From contig CAVUAK010000003.1 of assembly GCA_963739455.1 (NCBI GenBank), positions 256,001 through 320,000 on the forward strand: DNA of 64,000 bases, read 5' to 3'. How positions within the stretch are numbered: position 1 is the first letter of the stretch; each line of letters begins with the position of its first letter. Both the position numbers and the translations under genes were made by a program. The notes beneath the pieces are model-generated. The model was given only the letters and a program-made list of their open reading frames with translations, made no database searches and was not told the origin of the DNA. The stretch is from an uncultured Gemmatimonadales bacterium (lineage in GTDB: Bacteria > Gemmatimonadota > Gemmatimonadetes > Gemmatimonadales > GWC2-71-9). Below are positions 32,260 through 42,610 of this stretch, piece after piece.

Positions 32260-34483
32260 ATGACACGTTCCATCCGTCGCACGACGCGACTCCTGATACT
32301 CGCGGTTCCCCTCGTGCTGGCAGCCTGTGGCGGCGGAGGCGATCCGCTGGCTCCCCCGACCATGGGCGGGGTGGCCGTCACGGTCAGCGGATTGCCAGCG
32401 GGCACGGCTGCCAACATCACGCTGACGGGTCCGGGCGGCTTCAGCCAGGTCATGACCGCCTCGGGTACGGTGGATGGGCTTACACCCGGCACCTATACCG
32501 TCTCGGCGAGCGCTGTCTCCACATCAGGGGGTGGGTATGCGCCGACCGCGCCGTCCCAGTCGGTGAGTGTGCCCGCTTCCACCTCGCGGGTGCCCGTGGC
32601 GGTCACCTATGCGCAACAGAACAGCCAGCTCGTGCTGACGGTGTCGGGCTTGCCTGGCGGCACTTTCGCCAGCGTGCTGGTGACGAATTCGTTCGGGTAC
32701 TCCCAGGTGGTCCCGGCGACGACGACGCTCGGTGCGCTCGCGCCGGGGCTGTACACGATCGCGGCATCGAGTGTGACATCGGGTACCGACACCTACGCGC
32801 CCAATCCGGCGAGCCAGCAGGTCCAGGTGACGACGGGCCATTCCACCAGCGTCACGGTGACCTACGCGATCTCGGTGCCTGGAACGGTGAACCTCACCAT
32901 CGATGCGCTGACCATCACGCAGTCAGTGCAGTCCTATGACGACACCGTGCCGCTGGTGGCGAACCGCGATGCCTATCTCCGGGTCTTCGTGCGCGCCGAC
33001 CAGGCGAACACAGCGACGCCGGCGGTGCGCGTGCAGCTCTATCAGGGTGCCAATCCGACACCGGTGATGACCTACACGCTGTCGGCGCCGACGGCGAGTG
33101 TCACGATGAGCCGCCGACCAGGGCACGCTCAGCAGCTCGTGGAACCAGTTGATCCCGGCGAGCCTGATGACCACCGGTCTTCGCATCCAGGCGGATGTAG
33201 ATCCGGGCAACGGGGTGCCCGAGAGCAACGAGGCGGACAATACGTATCCGGCGTCGGGCCTCCAGAAGCTGCTGGATGTGCGTGCGGTAGCGCCGCTCAA
33301 CATTCACCTCGTACCGGTCACGGTGCAGGGGGCTGACGGGCAATGTCACGACGGCAAACTTGGACCAGTTCATGGTGACCCTCAAGAAGGTGATGCCGCT
33401 CGGGGTGGTAAGCCCTACCGTGCGCGTCACGCCGTACACCTCCCTTGCGCCCGTACTGCAGAACGACAATGCAAACGGCGCCTGGGGTGCGGTACTGAAC
33501 GAGATCTTTGCGCTGCAGAGCGGACGAAGGCACGGGGAAGTACTTCTACGGCGTGGTGGCGACCACGTACAGCAGCGGCATCGCCGGCATTGGCTACGTG
33601 GGCAACAAGGGGGCGGTCGGCTGGGACAAGTCGCCGAGCGGCGATGGGGTGCTGGCGCACGAGGTGGGGCACAACTTCAGCCTCAATCACGCGCCGGGTA
33701 CCTGTGGCGCCGGCAGTCCCGACCCGGATTTCCCGTTCCCCGACGGACGGATCGGGAACTGGGGACTCGACGTGGCCGCGCTGGCGCTCAAGGCGCCGAC
33801 CACGCTCGACCTGATGGGCTACTGCAGCGGGCCGAAGTGGATCAGCGCTTACAACTACCAGAAGGCGTTCAACTTCCGGCAGGACAACACCGGCACGGTC
33901 GTGGCCGGGGCAGAGTCGGGGTTGCTGGTGTGGGGCCGGATCGTGAACGGCACCGTGCACCTGGAGCCGGCGTTCGAGGTCTCGTCTCCGGTCAGCGTAC
34001 CTGCGCGGCGCGGGCCGTACGTGCTGGAGGGTCTCGACAACAGCGGCATCCATTCTCTTCAGCTACCCGTTCGAGGGCGAGCTGGTGGCAGACCTGGACG
34101 GAGACGAGCGCCAGTTTGCGTACGTGATTCCGCTGGGGGTGTCCGCAGGCGACCGGCTGGCGCGCCTCCGTGTGCGTGGCAGCAATGGCACCACGGAGCT
34201 GGCCAGTGCGGCGGCGATGCGGGCGGGTCGTGGGGGACGGGTGGCGATGGTACAGCAGCAGGTGGCCGCCGATGGTGAGGCGAGCGTGGTGGGGTCCGGG
34301 TCGGTGCGACTCAAGTGGAACGCGTCGGCCTATCCGATGGCGCTGGTCCGTGACGCGGCAAGCGGGGAGATCCTCTCCTTCGCGCGCAGCGGCGACGCGA
34401 CGATCGGCGTGGCGGGTCGGGAGCTCGACGTTACGTTCTCAGACGGCGTACGGAGCCGCCACCAGCGGATGACGGTGCCGTAA
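32260..34483 (+). CDS. Lipoprotein zinc metallopeptidase (M66-like metzincin) with Ig-like repeats (about 4 apparent frameshifts)
   Basis: Lipobox LAACGGG; two (V/L)TVSGLP repeats; HEVGHNFSLNHAP; Met-turn DLMGYC. Confidence 0.8.
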
Positions 34484-34508
34484 ACCCTCTCGCTTTGAGC
34501 TGGAACCC

Positions 34509-34543
34509 ACCGGGGACCGCTGCCACGAGCAGCGGTCCCCGGT
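34509..34543. terminator. 15-bp perfect hairpin after the peptidase gene
   Basis: ACCGGGGACCGCTGC-CACGA-GCAGCGGTCCCCGGT. Confidence 0.6.
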
Positions 34544-34557
34544 TAGGCTTCCGCCCC

Positions 34558-36151
34558 ATGTTTCGTCGTCACTCCACGCGCGGCTTGCCCGCACTCCTGC
34601 TGGCTCTGCTCGCGGCACCCGCCCTTGCCCAGGCGCCTCCCCGACCCAGGCTCGAGGTGCTGATCGTCATCGACCAGATGATGCCGGACTACTTCGACCG
34701 CTATGGCGCCGAGTTCACCGGCGGGCTGGCCCGGTTTCTCCACACGGGCGTCTACTTCACCAATGCGTTCCAGGATCATGCGCTCACCGAGACGGCGCCG
34801 GGACACTCCACGATGCTGTCGGGGCGGAGTCCGTCGAGCACCGGCATTTTCGCCAACGACATCGCCGAGATTGATTCGGCCACGGTACTCCTGAAGAGTC
34901 CCGCCCTCCTCGGCGGCCTGTGGCCTGGGTCGTCTCCGCGGCGCTTCAAGGGGACGACGCTCTACGACTGGCTCCTCACGCGCGACTCGGCGACACGCGT
35001 GCTCGCCGTGGCGCGCAAGGGCCGGGCACCGATAATGTCGGTGGGTCAGGCACGGGGGAATGTGTTCTGGTATGTCGCGGGTGGCTTCACCTCGAGCTCA
35101 TGGTACTTCGACACCCTGCCGGCCTGGCTTACTGCGTGGAATCGGCGGGGCGGGCCGGCGGCGCTGACCGGCAAGGAGTGGGGTCTGTTTCGCGATCGGG
35201 CCACGTACTCGGAAGCCGACTCGATGCCGTACGAGAATTCGGAGTCTGGGGAAGTCGACTTCACCTTCCCGCACCGGATCTCGTCCGACACCGGTCGCGC
35301 GCTGCGGACGCTGCGGAACTACCCCTGGATGGATTCCCTCACGCTGGACGTGGCGCTGGATGGAGTGCGGGGCACTGGCGTCGGGCAACGGAGTGGCACC
35401 GACCTGCTGGTCGTGTCACTGTCGACGACCGATGCGATCGGCCATGCGTACGGTCCCAACTCAATGGAGCAGCATGACCAGCTGTTGCGGCTCGATCACT
35501 GGCTCGGCTGGTTCCTTGATTCCCTTGCGGTGCTCGTTCCCAGGGAGCAGACGGTGTTCGCCCTCACGTCAGACCACGGCGTCCAGCCCTTCCCGGAGAT
35601 GACCGGGAAGGGGGGACGCGATGTCGCTCAAGCCACTCGCCGACCGGTTTGCGCGGGAATATCAGGAGCGATATCACATCCCGCTCAACACCACGTGGGA
35701 CCTGGGCCTGATCACCACGGACGTCGGGGCGCTGAGACTTCGCGGGGTGAACGTGGACAGCCTCGCCGAGGCGATGGCGACGGAGGTGAGGGCGATGCCG
35801 GGGGTGGCGCGGGTGTTCACTCCGCGATCACTTGGTCGTGCGGTGGCCGCTGATGAGCAGGCGCGCCTCTGGCGCCGGGCGATCCCGCCGTCGCAAGGAT
35901 GGCTGGTGGCCGCGACGAGCCGGCCGGGCTGGATCTGGACCGATACGCCGGGCTGGACCAATCATGGTTCGACGCAACGACTCGACATGCACATCCCGAT
36001 GATCTTCATGGGTCCGGGGATCACGGCGCGACGAGTATCCCGGAAGGTTACGAGCGAGGACATCGGCCCGACGTTCGCTGCGCTGGCGGGGGTGCGCCCC
36101 ACCGAGAGCGTCACGGGCCGGGTGCTCACCGAAGTGGCCCCGCGCCGATGA
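34558..36151 (+). CDS. Alkaline phosphatase superfamily protein (PafA/PhoK-like; one apparent frameshift)
   Basis: IVIDQM, TETAPGH, TDAIGHAYGP, LTSDHG, NHGS; signal peptide. Confidence 0.88.
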
Positions 36152-36516
36152 GTGACTTCCCGTCGCTGCCCTGTTTTCCGTGTCCGCACGACTCGGCGTG
36201 CTGCTCCTACGGCGCGACGGTGAGTGAGCAGGAGGTGGCAGCGATCGTCGCGGCGCACGGGGAAGGAAAGGTGTACCGTACGCGCTGGGGTGAATGGCGC
36301 ACGCGAGTGAAGAAGGGCCGCTGCGTGTTCATGCTGAACGGGGGATGCAGCATCCACGCGCAGTCGTATTATCCGGTGGTGTGCCGGGGGTTTCCGTGGA
36401 CGGACGCGGAGACGGGCGGCCCGTATGAGTTCGACCAGACGATCTGCCCGGAGTTCCTGGCCAGGCCGGAGCTGGTGCAGCTGACAAGAGCGGAACTCAA
36501 AAAGCGTGAGCGGTAA
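36148..36516 (+). CDS. YkgJ-family cysteine-cluster protein
   Basis: CFPCPHDSACC..CVF..CSIH..YPVVCRGFP; ATGA overlap with the upstream gene. Confidence 0.82.
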   Translation: MSDFPSLPCFPCPHDSACCSYGATVSEQEVAAIVAAHGEGKVYRTRWGEWRTRVKKGRCVFMLNGGCSIHAQSYYPVVCRGFPWTDAETGGPYEFDQTICPEFLARPELVQLTRAELKKRER

Positions 36517-36557
36517 GCGGTGAGCGGGTCGGTCAGTCAATATCCTCGGAGATTTCA

Positions 36558-37880
36558 ATGAACTCAGGTTACAGGTTCTTGTGCGGAAGCCGTGGATGGC
36601 ATTTCCCGCTCACCGCTCACCGCCTGCCGCTTACGCTGCTATTACTCCTCGTCCCCAACATTGCCATGGCCCAGACACCCGACAAGAACCTCGAGCACGC
36701 CAGGCAGGTCATCAAGGCGGCGCCCATCATCGACGGCCACAACGACCTGGCATGGGAGATTCGCACGAACAAGGCGGCGCCGTTCGACGTTGACGCGTAC
36801 GACCTGCGGCAGACCACCCCGGGCCACACCGACTTCCAGCGGCTCGCTGCTGGCGGCGTCGGTGCGCAGTTCTGGTCCATCTACGTGCCGGGCGAGGTCA
36901 AGGACAGCGGTTACGCGAAGATCCAGCTGGAGGAGTTCGACATCGCCCGGCGGTTCATTGCCAGGTACCCGGACAAGTTTGTCCTGGCGCTCACCGCCGC
37001 GGACATCGAGGCTGCGAACAAGGCGGGGAAGATCGCGAGCCTCCTCGGCATGGAGGGTGGGCACGCCATCGAGAACTCGCTGGGTGCGCTGCGCATGTAC
37101 TACGACCTGGGTGCCCGCTACATGACGCTGACCCACAACGTCACGCTGGACTGGGCGGACGCCGCGCTGGACAAGCCGACGCACAGTGGGCTCACGGCGT
37201 TTGGCCGCGCGGTCGTGGGTGAGATGAACCGCATGGGCATGATGGTGGACCTGTCGCATGTGTCACCCGGCGTCATGAGCGATGCCCTCGACGTCACCCA
37301 GTCGCCGGTCATCTTCTCGCATTCGTCCTCGCGCGCACTGGTGGACTTCCCGCGCAACGTGCCGGACTCGATCCTGGCGCGGGTGCCGAAGAACGGCGGG
37401 GTCGTGATGGTGACCTTCGTCCCGTCCTTCGTGTCGAACGAGGTGATGGCGTGGGAGGCGAAGAAGAACGCCTGGAAGCCGACAGGCGTGGCGGAGACCG
37501 ATACGGCTGCCGTGCAGCAGCAGCGCGACGCGTGGCTCAAGGCCAATCCGGCCCCGAAGGCGACGCTGAGCCAGGTGGCCGATCACATCGACCATGTGAA
37601 GCAGATCGCGGGGGCCGATCATGTCGGTCTCGGCAGTGACTTCGACGGCATTGACACGACGCCCACCGGCCTCGAGGACGTCTCCACCTTCCCGGCCTTG
37701 TTTGCGGAGTTGATCCGGCGCGGCTGGAGCGACGAGGACCTCAAGAAGCTGGCGCGCTACAACATCCTGCGGGTGCTCAAGGCGAACGAGGAGGTGGCGG
37801 CGCGGCTGCAGAAGACGTCGCGGCCGTCGGTTCAGACCATTCAGCAGCTTGACGGCGCGTCGTCACCAGCAAAGCCGTGA
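36558..37880 (+). CDS. Membrane dipeptidase (peptidase M19)
   Basis: IDGHND, GMEGGH, TLTHN, DLSH, FSHSS, GLGSDFDG; RBS GGAGA. Confidence 0.93.
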   Translation: MNSGYRFLCGSRGWHFPLTAHRLPLTLLLLLVPNIAMAQTPDKNLEHARQVIKAAPIIDGHNDLAWEIRTNKAAPFDVDAYDLRQTTPGHTDFQRLAAGGVGAQFWSIYVPGEVKDSGYAKIQLEEFDIARRFIARYPDKFVLALTAADIEAANKAGKIASLLGMEGGHAIENSLGALRMYYDLGARYMTLTHNVTLDWADAALDKPTHSGLTAFGRAVVGEMNRMGMMVDLSHVSPGVMSDALDVTQSPVIFSHSSSRALVDFPRNVPDSILARVPKNGGVVMVTFVPSFVSNEVMAWEAKKNAWKPTGVAETDTAAVQQQRDAWLKANPAPKATLSQVADHIDHVKQIAGADHVGLGSDFDGIDTTPTGLEDVSTFPALFAELIRRGWSDEDLKKLARYNILRVLKANEEVAARLQKTSRPSVQTIQQLDGASSPAKP

Positions 37881-38541
37881 CCACGGCGATCGTGGCGAAC
37901 CCGAACCACTGCAGCATGTAGCTCTTGTGCGGGCCGTCGTCGAGTGGCGGCGGCTCGAGCCGGCGGGGCCATGCCGGCTGGTCCGCGCCCGGCGCCGCAA
38001 AGAGGACCACGCCGAGCACCGGGTAAGGCAGCAGCTGCCGAAGCGCCCCGAGCTCGAGTTCCTTCCAGGTCATGCGCCCGTCGTGCCGCAGCGGCTGCGC
38101 GCGGCTGCTCCCGTCCGGGATGGTCCGGGCGATGCCGCTCACCGACTGCTCTCCTGATTCTCCCAGCGAATCCAGCTGCGGCACCGAGATCCCGTCAGGT
38201 GACGGGACGAAGCCCCGCACCACGAGAATGGCGGAATCCCCGCGCGCGCCGCGCAGCGGCGTCACCACGACGACACCGGGCGAGCCGCTCAGGACCTGGC
38301 CACGCAGCAGCATGTCGTGCGACTGGTCGAAGATGCCATGTGCCGTCACGCGCCGGTCAGCGAGGGCAGCGTCGGGCCCGCGTGCGAGCTCGACCGGCGG
38401 CATCTGTCGCGCGTGGGTGGCTGCGGTATTGGCGGCCCGTCGCGCCAGCAGGCGCGAGCGCTGCCAGATGCCGAGCCGAACGCAGACGGCGGCAACCATG
38501 AACATCAAGACGACAAAGAAGATGCGCGCGCGAGGTGACAT
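37777..38541 (-). CDS. SURF1 family protein
   Basis: RLGIWQ, VVTPL, LVVRGFVP, GPHKSYMLQWFGFA. Confidence 0.88.
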   Translation of the reverse strand: MSPRARIFFVVLMFMVAAVCVRLGIWQRSRLLARRAANTAATHARQMPPVELARGPDAALADRRVTAHGIFDQSHDMLLRGQVLSGSPGVVVVTPLRGARGDSAILVVRGFVPSPDGISVPQLDSLGESGEQSVSGIARTIPDGSSRAQPLRHDGRMTWKELELGALRQLLPYPVLGVVLFAAPGADQPAWPRRLEPPPLDDGPHKSYMLQWFGFATIAVVTALLVTTRRQAAEWSEPTAATSSAAAPPPPRSP

Positions 38542-38690
38542 GGCTGTCTGGTCGAGGGGACATTCCGGGGTTGCACGCGACGGATGCCCGGGGGAGTGAC
38601 AAAGATACCGGGGGCGCGAATGCGGTCCGACCCTTGCCTTGGCAGGGCGTGATCACCGTCTCCACCGGACCCCGTTCGTGAGGCATCGCC

Positions 38691-39278
38691 ATGTTCCGCC
38701 GACTCGCCGTAGCCGCGCTCGCGATGGCATTCGTATCCCCGCTTGCTGCGCAGGTGCGAAGGGGCATCGCCGAGGTACAACCGTCGCCGCGCGGTGGCGC
38801 CTGGGGTAGCATCGGGTTCGGCGCGGGCATGGAGCAGGTGGACCTGGGCGGCGACCGGCTGGGCTTCAGCGATCCGCTCTGGCGGCCGACCTTCAACGCC
38901 CGGCTGGGGGGCACGGTGAAGCAGGTGCTGCGGCTGGGCGGCGAGGTGTTCGTGTGGACCAACTGGTCCGGGGGCATCACGGAGACGCTGACCAGCGTCA
39001 TGCCCATCATCCAGCTCTATCCATCCCGGTCGGTGGGTATCAATGTGCGCGGGGGGGCTGGCTTCGCGTGGAGCGGCGTCAGCAACTTCGGCGCATTCGT
39101 GGGCGACAACGGATTCGGCACCATGGTGGGCATCGGGTGGGAGTTCCCCGTGAACCGCACGCTCTTCATCACGCCAGGGGTCGACTGGTACCAGCAGTGG
39201 TACGGCGGGGGGCTCCAGCCGAGCTATACCGAGCGGATCATCAACATCAGCCTGAGCATCGGATTGCAAGGCGGCTGA
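38691..39278 (+). CDS. Outer-membrane beta-barrel protein
   Basis: Signal peptide; Gly/aromatic alternating strands; GIGWEF; similar layout to 7038-7682. Confidence 0.72.
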   Translation: MFRRLAVAALAMAFVSPLAAQVRRGIAEVQPSPRGGAWGSIGFGAGMEQVDLGGDRLGFSDPLWRPTFNARLGGTVKQVLRLGGEVFVWTNWSGGITETLTSVMPIIQLYPSRSVGINVRGGAGFAWSGVSNFGAFVGDNGFGTMVGIGWEFPVNRTLFITPGVDWYQQWYGGGLQPSYTERIINISLSIGLQGG

Positions 39279-39294
39279 ACGACTTGCGTGAGGG

Positions 39295-39323
39295 TTGACC
39301 GCCCCGTGAGGGGTCGGTATGTT
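39295..39323 (+). promoter_or_regulatory. Sigma70-like promoter of tRNA-Leu/Thr
   Basis: TTGACC-N17-TATGTT, 11 nt before the tRNA. Confidence 0.7.
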
Positions 39324-39334
39324 CGACCCTCGCC

Positions 39335-39416
39335 GCCCTGGTGGTGAAACTGGTAGACACGCTATCTTGAGGGGGTAGTGCCGTAAGGCATCGCGGTTCG
39401 AGTCCGCGCCAGGGCA
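39335..39416 (+). tRNA. tRNA-Leu(GAG)
   Basis: Anticodon arm CTATC-TTGAGGG-GGTAG; long variable arm. Confidence 0.95.
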
Positions 39417-39437
39417 TCCCTCAGCACAAATGCAGGC

Positions 39438-39509
39438 GCCACTGTAGCTCAGGGGTAGAGCTCTCGATTCGTAATCGAGCGGTCGTCAGTTCAAATCTGA
39501 CCAGTGGCT
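39438..39509 (+). tRNA. tRNA-Thr(CGT)
   Basis: Anticodon arm CTCGA-TTCGTAA-TCGAG. Confidence 0.95.
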
Positions 39510-39593
39510 CTCAAGCTCGCAGCGGTGGCAGGGAACAGCCGCAGGAACACGCGCCGGGTGATGGCTCCATGCCATCACCCGGTTTTGCGTTCA

Positions 39594-39980
39594 TCAACTC
39601 GCCCGTTTCGCCTTCTCGTAGAGCCGGTCGAACTTCGTGCGCGCCGACTGGATCTCCGTGCGATGGTCCTCGGCCCAGTCGGCGAGGGCTGCGACCGGCA
39701 CCAGCAGCGTCTCGCCGAGGCGAGTGAGCTCGTATTCGACCTTGGGCGGAATGGTGGGATATATCGTGCGAGTGACGAGCCCGTCGCGCTCCAGGCTTCG
39801 AAGCGTGAGCGTCAGCATCCGCTGCGAGATGCCCTCGATGGATCGCCGCAGTTCGCTGAAGCGCTGGGGACCATCCTTGAGCAGGACGACCACCAGGACA
39901 CTCCACTTGTCTCCCACCCGGCTCAGCACTTCGCGCACGGCGGGGCAGGCGTTGGCCACCTTGGGGTGACTGGGTGACAT
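39594..39980 (-). CDS. HxlR family winged-helix regulator
   Basis: [44 protein letters not shown]. Confidence 0.93.
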   Translation of the reverse strand: MSPSHPKVANACPAVREVLSRVGDKWSVLVVVLLKDGPQRFSELRRSIEGISQRMLTLTLRSLERDGLVTRTIYPTIPPKVEYELTRLGETLLVPVAALADWAEDHRTEIQSARTKFDRLYEKAKRAS

Positions 39981-40083
39981 GGATGTGCCTTCTTCCGGAA
40001 ACTCAGTGTGGTCACCAATATATATCGAGTTCCTGAAAGTAACCAGCAACTGATTGGTAACCGGCACTGACGGAGTCCATGAC

Positions 40084-40635
40084 ATGGCGACAGAACACTT
40101 GACCTTCGACCTGGTGCACTCGAGCATCGGGTTCTGGGTGCGGCACTTGATGGTGTCGAAGGTCCACGGGCGGTTCTCACAGTGGGCGGGGACGCTGGAG
40201 TTCGACGAGCAACATCCGGGTGGGTCGCGCGTGGCGGTGAGTATCGACGCGTCGAGTATCGACACCCGGGAGGCCCAGCGGGACGCGCACCTGAGTTCGG
40301 CCGATTTCCTTGACGCCGAGCACTTTCCGCACATCACGTTTACCAGCACGAGCGTCGCGCGGAAGTCGGGTGCGGATTTCCGCATTACTGGCGACCTGAC
40401 CATCCGCGGTGTCACGCGTCCCGTGCAGCTCGATGCGGAGTACTCGGGGCGGGTGAAGGATCCGTGGGGCGGCGAGCGGCTTGGATTTTCGGCGCGCACC
40501 ACAATTCACCGAAGTGAATTCGGCCTGACCTGGAACCAGCTGCTCGAGGCCGGCGGCGTGGCGGTGGCCGACAAGATCGAGATCAGTATCGAGATCGAGG
40601 CGGTGAAGAGTGCCGCGCAGGCCGCGGCCGCCTAG
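40084..40635 (+). CDS. YceI family protein
   Basis: [34 protein letters not shown]; divergent from the HxlR gene. Confidence 0.93.
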   Translation: MATEHLTFDLVHSSIGFWVRHLMVSKVHGRFSQWAGTLEFDEQHPGGSRVAVSIDASSIDTREAQRDAHLSSADFLDAEHFPHITFTSTSVARKSGADFRITGDLTIRGVTRPVQLDAEYSGRVKDPWGGERLGFSARTTIHRSEFGLTWNQLLEAGGVAVADKIEISIEIEAVKSAAQAAAA

Positions 40636-40645
40636 ATTCTCCGGC

Positions 40646-41134
40646 ATGGACCAATCCCCTGACAGCGCCGCCTGCGAGTACAATCCGCAGGCGGCGCTAT
40701 CGCCTGACGAGCGGCGACGCTTCCAGGATCCGGAGAAGATCCGCCGCATCTTCACGGACGTGAAGACCATTGCGGTAGTGGGGTTGTCACGCGACCCGGC
40801 GAAGCCGAGTCACTATGTGCCGGCCCACATGCAGCGGGCGGGCTACCGGATCATCCCGGTGACGCCGCACGCCGGCACGGTGTTGGGTGAGCGGACCTGG
40901 CCCGACCTCTCCGGCGTGCCGGTGCCAGTGGACCTGGTGCTGGTGTTCCGTCCCGGGCCGCAGTGCCTGAAGGTTGCCGAGCAGGCGATCGCGGCGGGGG
41001 TGCCGCGAATCTGGTTCCAGCTCCACATCCCGGCCGGTGAGGGAGCCCGGCTCGCTGAGGCGGCGGGGCTGCAGGTGGTGGCGGACCGATGCATGATGGT
41101 CGAGCACCGGGCGGTCGTCGGCCGCCCGGCCTGA
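40646..41134 (+). CDS. CoA-binding protein (YccU-like)
   Basis: TIAVVGLS..P.KPS, GYRIIPV, IWFQL, DRCMMVEH. Confidence 0.9.
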   Translation: MDQSPDSAACEYNPQAALSPDERRRFQDPEKIRRIFTDVKTIAVVGLSRDPAKPSHYVPAHMQRAGYRIIPVTPHAGTVLGERTWPDLSGVPVPVDLVLVFRPGPQCLKVAEQAIAAGVPRIWFQLHIPAGEGARLAEAAGLQVVADRCMMVEHRAVVGRPA

Positions 41135-41198
41135 CACCCATAGGGGGGCCTCAGGGCTGTCGAAAAGGCGACCTACCGGGTAAACTGGTCACCTCGTA

Positions 41199-41272
41199 CG
41201 GGACGTAGCGCAGTCCGGTAGCGCACTGCAATGGGGTTGCAGGGGTCGCGGGTTCAAATCCCGCCGTCCCGA
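41199..41272 (+). tRNA. tRNA-Pro(GGG)
   Basis: Anticodon arm CTGCA-ATGGGGT-TGCAG. Confidence 0.95.
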
Positions 41273-41285
41273 TGGGTTTACGACG

Positions 41286-41311
41286 AAGGCCAACCGAGTG
41301 GTTGGCCTTTC
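41286..41311 (+). terminator. Terminator after tRNA-Pro
   Basis: AAGGCCAACC-GAGT-GGTTGGCCTTT. Confidence 0.75.
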
Positions 41312-41326
41312 GTGTTTCAGGGGGCC

Positions 41327-41638
41327 TCACGCCGACGCCATTCGCCTCGGGTCGAGGGCCCGTTCGAGGAGGCTTCGAGCACCCCGGATGCGTCGCACAG
41401 CCCGGTTCATGCTGGGGACATCGCGGGCTGCCCACGCGACCTCCGCCTCGTGTGAGCCTTCGCGGAACTCGATGAGCGCAGTGTTGCCCCACTCGACCGC
41501 CGGCTGGCTCAGGGCCCCCGCTTCATCCTTCACATGCAGTGTCTCGACCAGGAATCCGATCTTGCGCGCCTCCACGCGATAGCGGGCGGAGAGCGCGTTC
41601 AGCTTCTTCGCATGACGCTCGACCTTCCAGTGCCACAT
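41327..41638 (-). CDS. Small hypothetical protein (about 103 aa)
   Basis: ORF with GC3-rich codons from ATG 41638; no family recognised. Confidence 0.55.
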   Translation of the reverse strand: MWHWKVERHAKKLNALSARYRVEARKIGFLVETLHVKDEAGALSQPAVEWGNTALIEFREGSHEAEVAWAARDVPSMNRAVRRIRGARSLLERALDPRRMASA

Positions 41639-41754
41639 GGCGCCACCGGTTTCAACTGTGACTGATGTGTGCGAGTTACACTGCTTGACGAATGTCATCG
41701 CTGTGGTCCGCACACATTGGATGCGATTTGTCCAACTCTGGTACGTGGTGAAAC

Positions 41755-41783
41755 AAAAAAGCGGCCAGCAGGTGCTGGCCGCT
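41755..41783 (-). terminator. Rho-independent terminator of the ECF/DUF4097 operon
   Basis: Minus strand GCGGCCAGC-ACCT-GCTGGCCGC-TTTTTT. Confidence 0.85.
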
Positions 41784-41811
41784 CCTTCTTGCGCGATCTT
41801 GCACAGCGTCG

Positions 41812-42609
41812 CTAGTTCGCCTTCTTGAGCTCGATCGCGCCGTTCACCGTCGACAGTTCGAGTCGTGGTCCGCCGTTCCCGATGGTTCCCCGCATGCTGC
41901 GGGGCGACATCTTGCCCTGGAGGGTGAGCGGGAACTCGCTGCTGATCTCGCCGTTCAGCGTGTTGGCGCGCACCTCGAGATTGGCCGGTGTCGGCATCTC
42001 CACCGTTACCGATCCATTGATGGTCTTGGCCTCGAGGTCGCCGGTCCAGCTGGAGGCACCGAGCCGGAGGACGACGTCGCCGTTCACCGTTTCGGCGCTG
42101 CCGGTGCCGCGGGTGGCCAGGGAGACGTTGCCGTTCACCGACGTCACTTCGGCGTCGGCCGCGAGTCCGGTCGCGTTGACCGATCCATTGACCGTCTGGC
42201 CCTCGAACTTCACCCCGGCCGGCACATTGACGGTGAAGGTTACGTCCACGTCGTTGTTGTCCGAGTGCCTGTTGTGGTTGTTGGAGCGCGCGTTACATCC
42301 ATCGCCATCCTGCTGGTTGGGCCACACGGCGCAGATTGTCACCTGGTCGGCATCTTGTTCGACCCGGATCTCCACGCTGGCCGGGTCGCTCTTCCGGCTC
42401 TTCCGCACGGCAGCCACGGTCGCATCGGTGCCCGGCGCACTCGTGGCCTGGATGCTCCCGTTCACGTTCATCACCCGGAGCGTCTTGCCCGTGGCGATGA
42501 CACCGGTCCAGTGAAACGAGTCGTCGGTCTTCTGCTGGGCGCCGGCGCTTGCCGTGCCGGCGGCGCACAGGGCGATCAGGGCGGAAATGGTCCTGGTGCG
42601 GCTTGGCAT
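41812..42609 (-). CDS. DUF4097 beta-strand repeat protein
   Basis: Signal peptide; repeated TVNG/SVNG/TING/TLNG motifs. Confidence 0.88.
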   Translation of the reverse strand: MPSRTRTISALIALCAAGTASAGAQQKTDDSFHWTGVIATGKTLRVMNVNGSIQATSAPGTDATVAAVRKSRKSDPASVEIRVEQDADQVTICAVWPNQQDGDGCNARSNNHNRHSDNNDVDVTFTVNVPAGVKFEGQTVNGSVNATGLAADAEVTSVNGNVSLATRGTGSAETVNGDVVLRLGASSWTGDLEAKTINGSVTVEMPTPANLEVRANTLNGEISSEFPLTLQGKMSPRSMRGTIGNGGPRLELSTVNGAIELKKAN

Positions 42610-42610
42610 G

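Noticed and set aside
39594..40502. 302-aa extended HxlR protein
   Set aside because: The extension is antisense to yceI; the real start is ATG 39980
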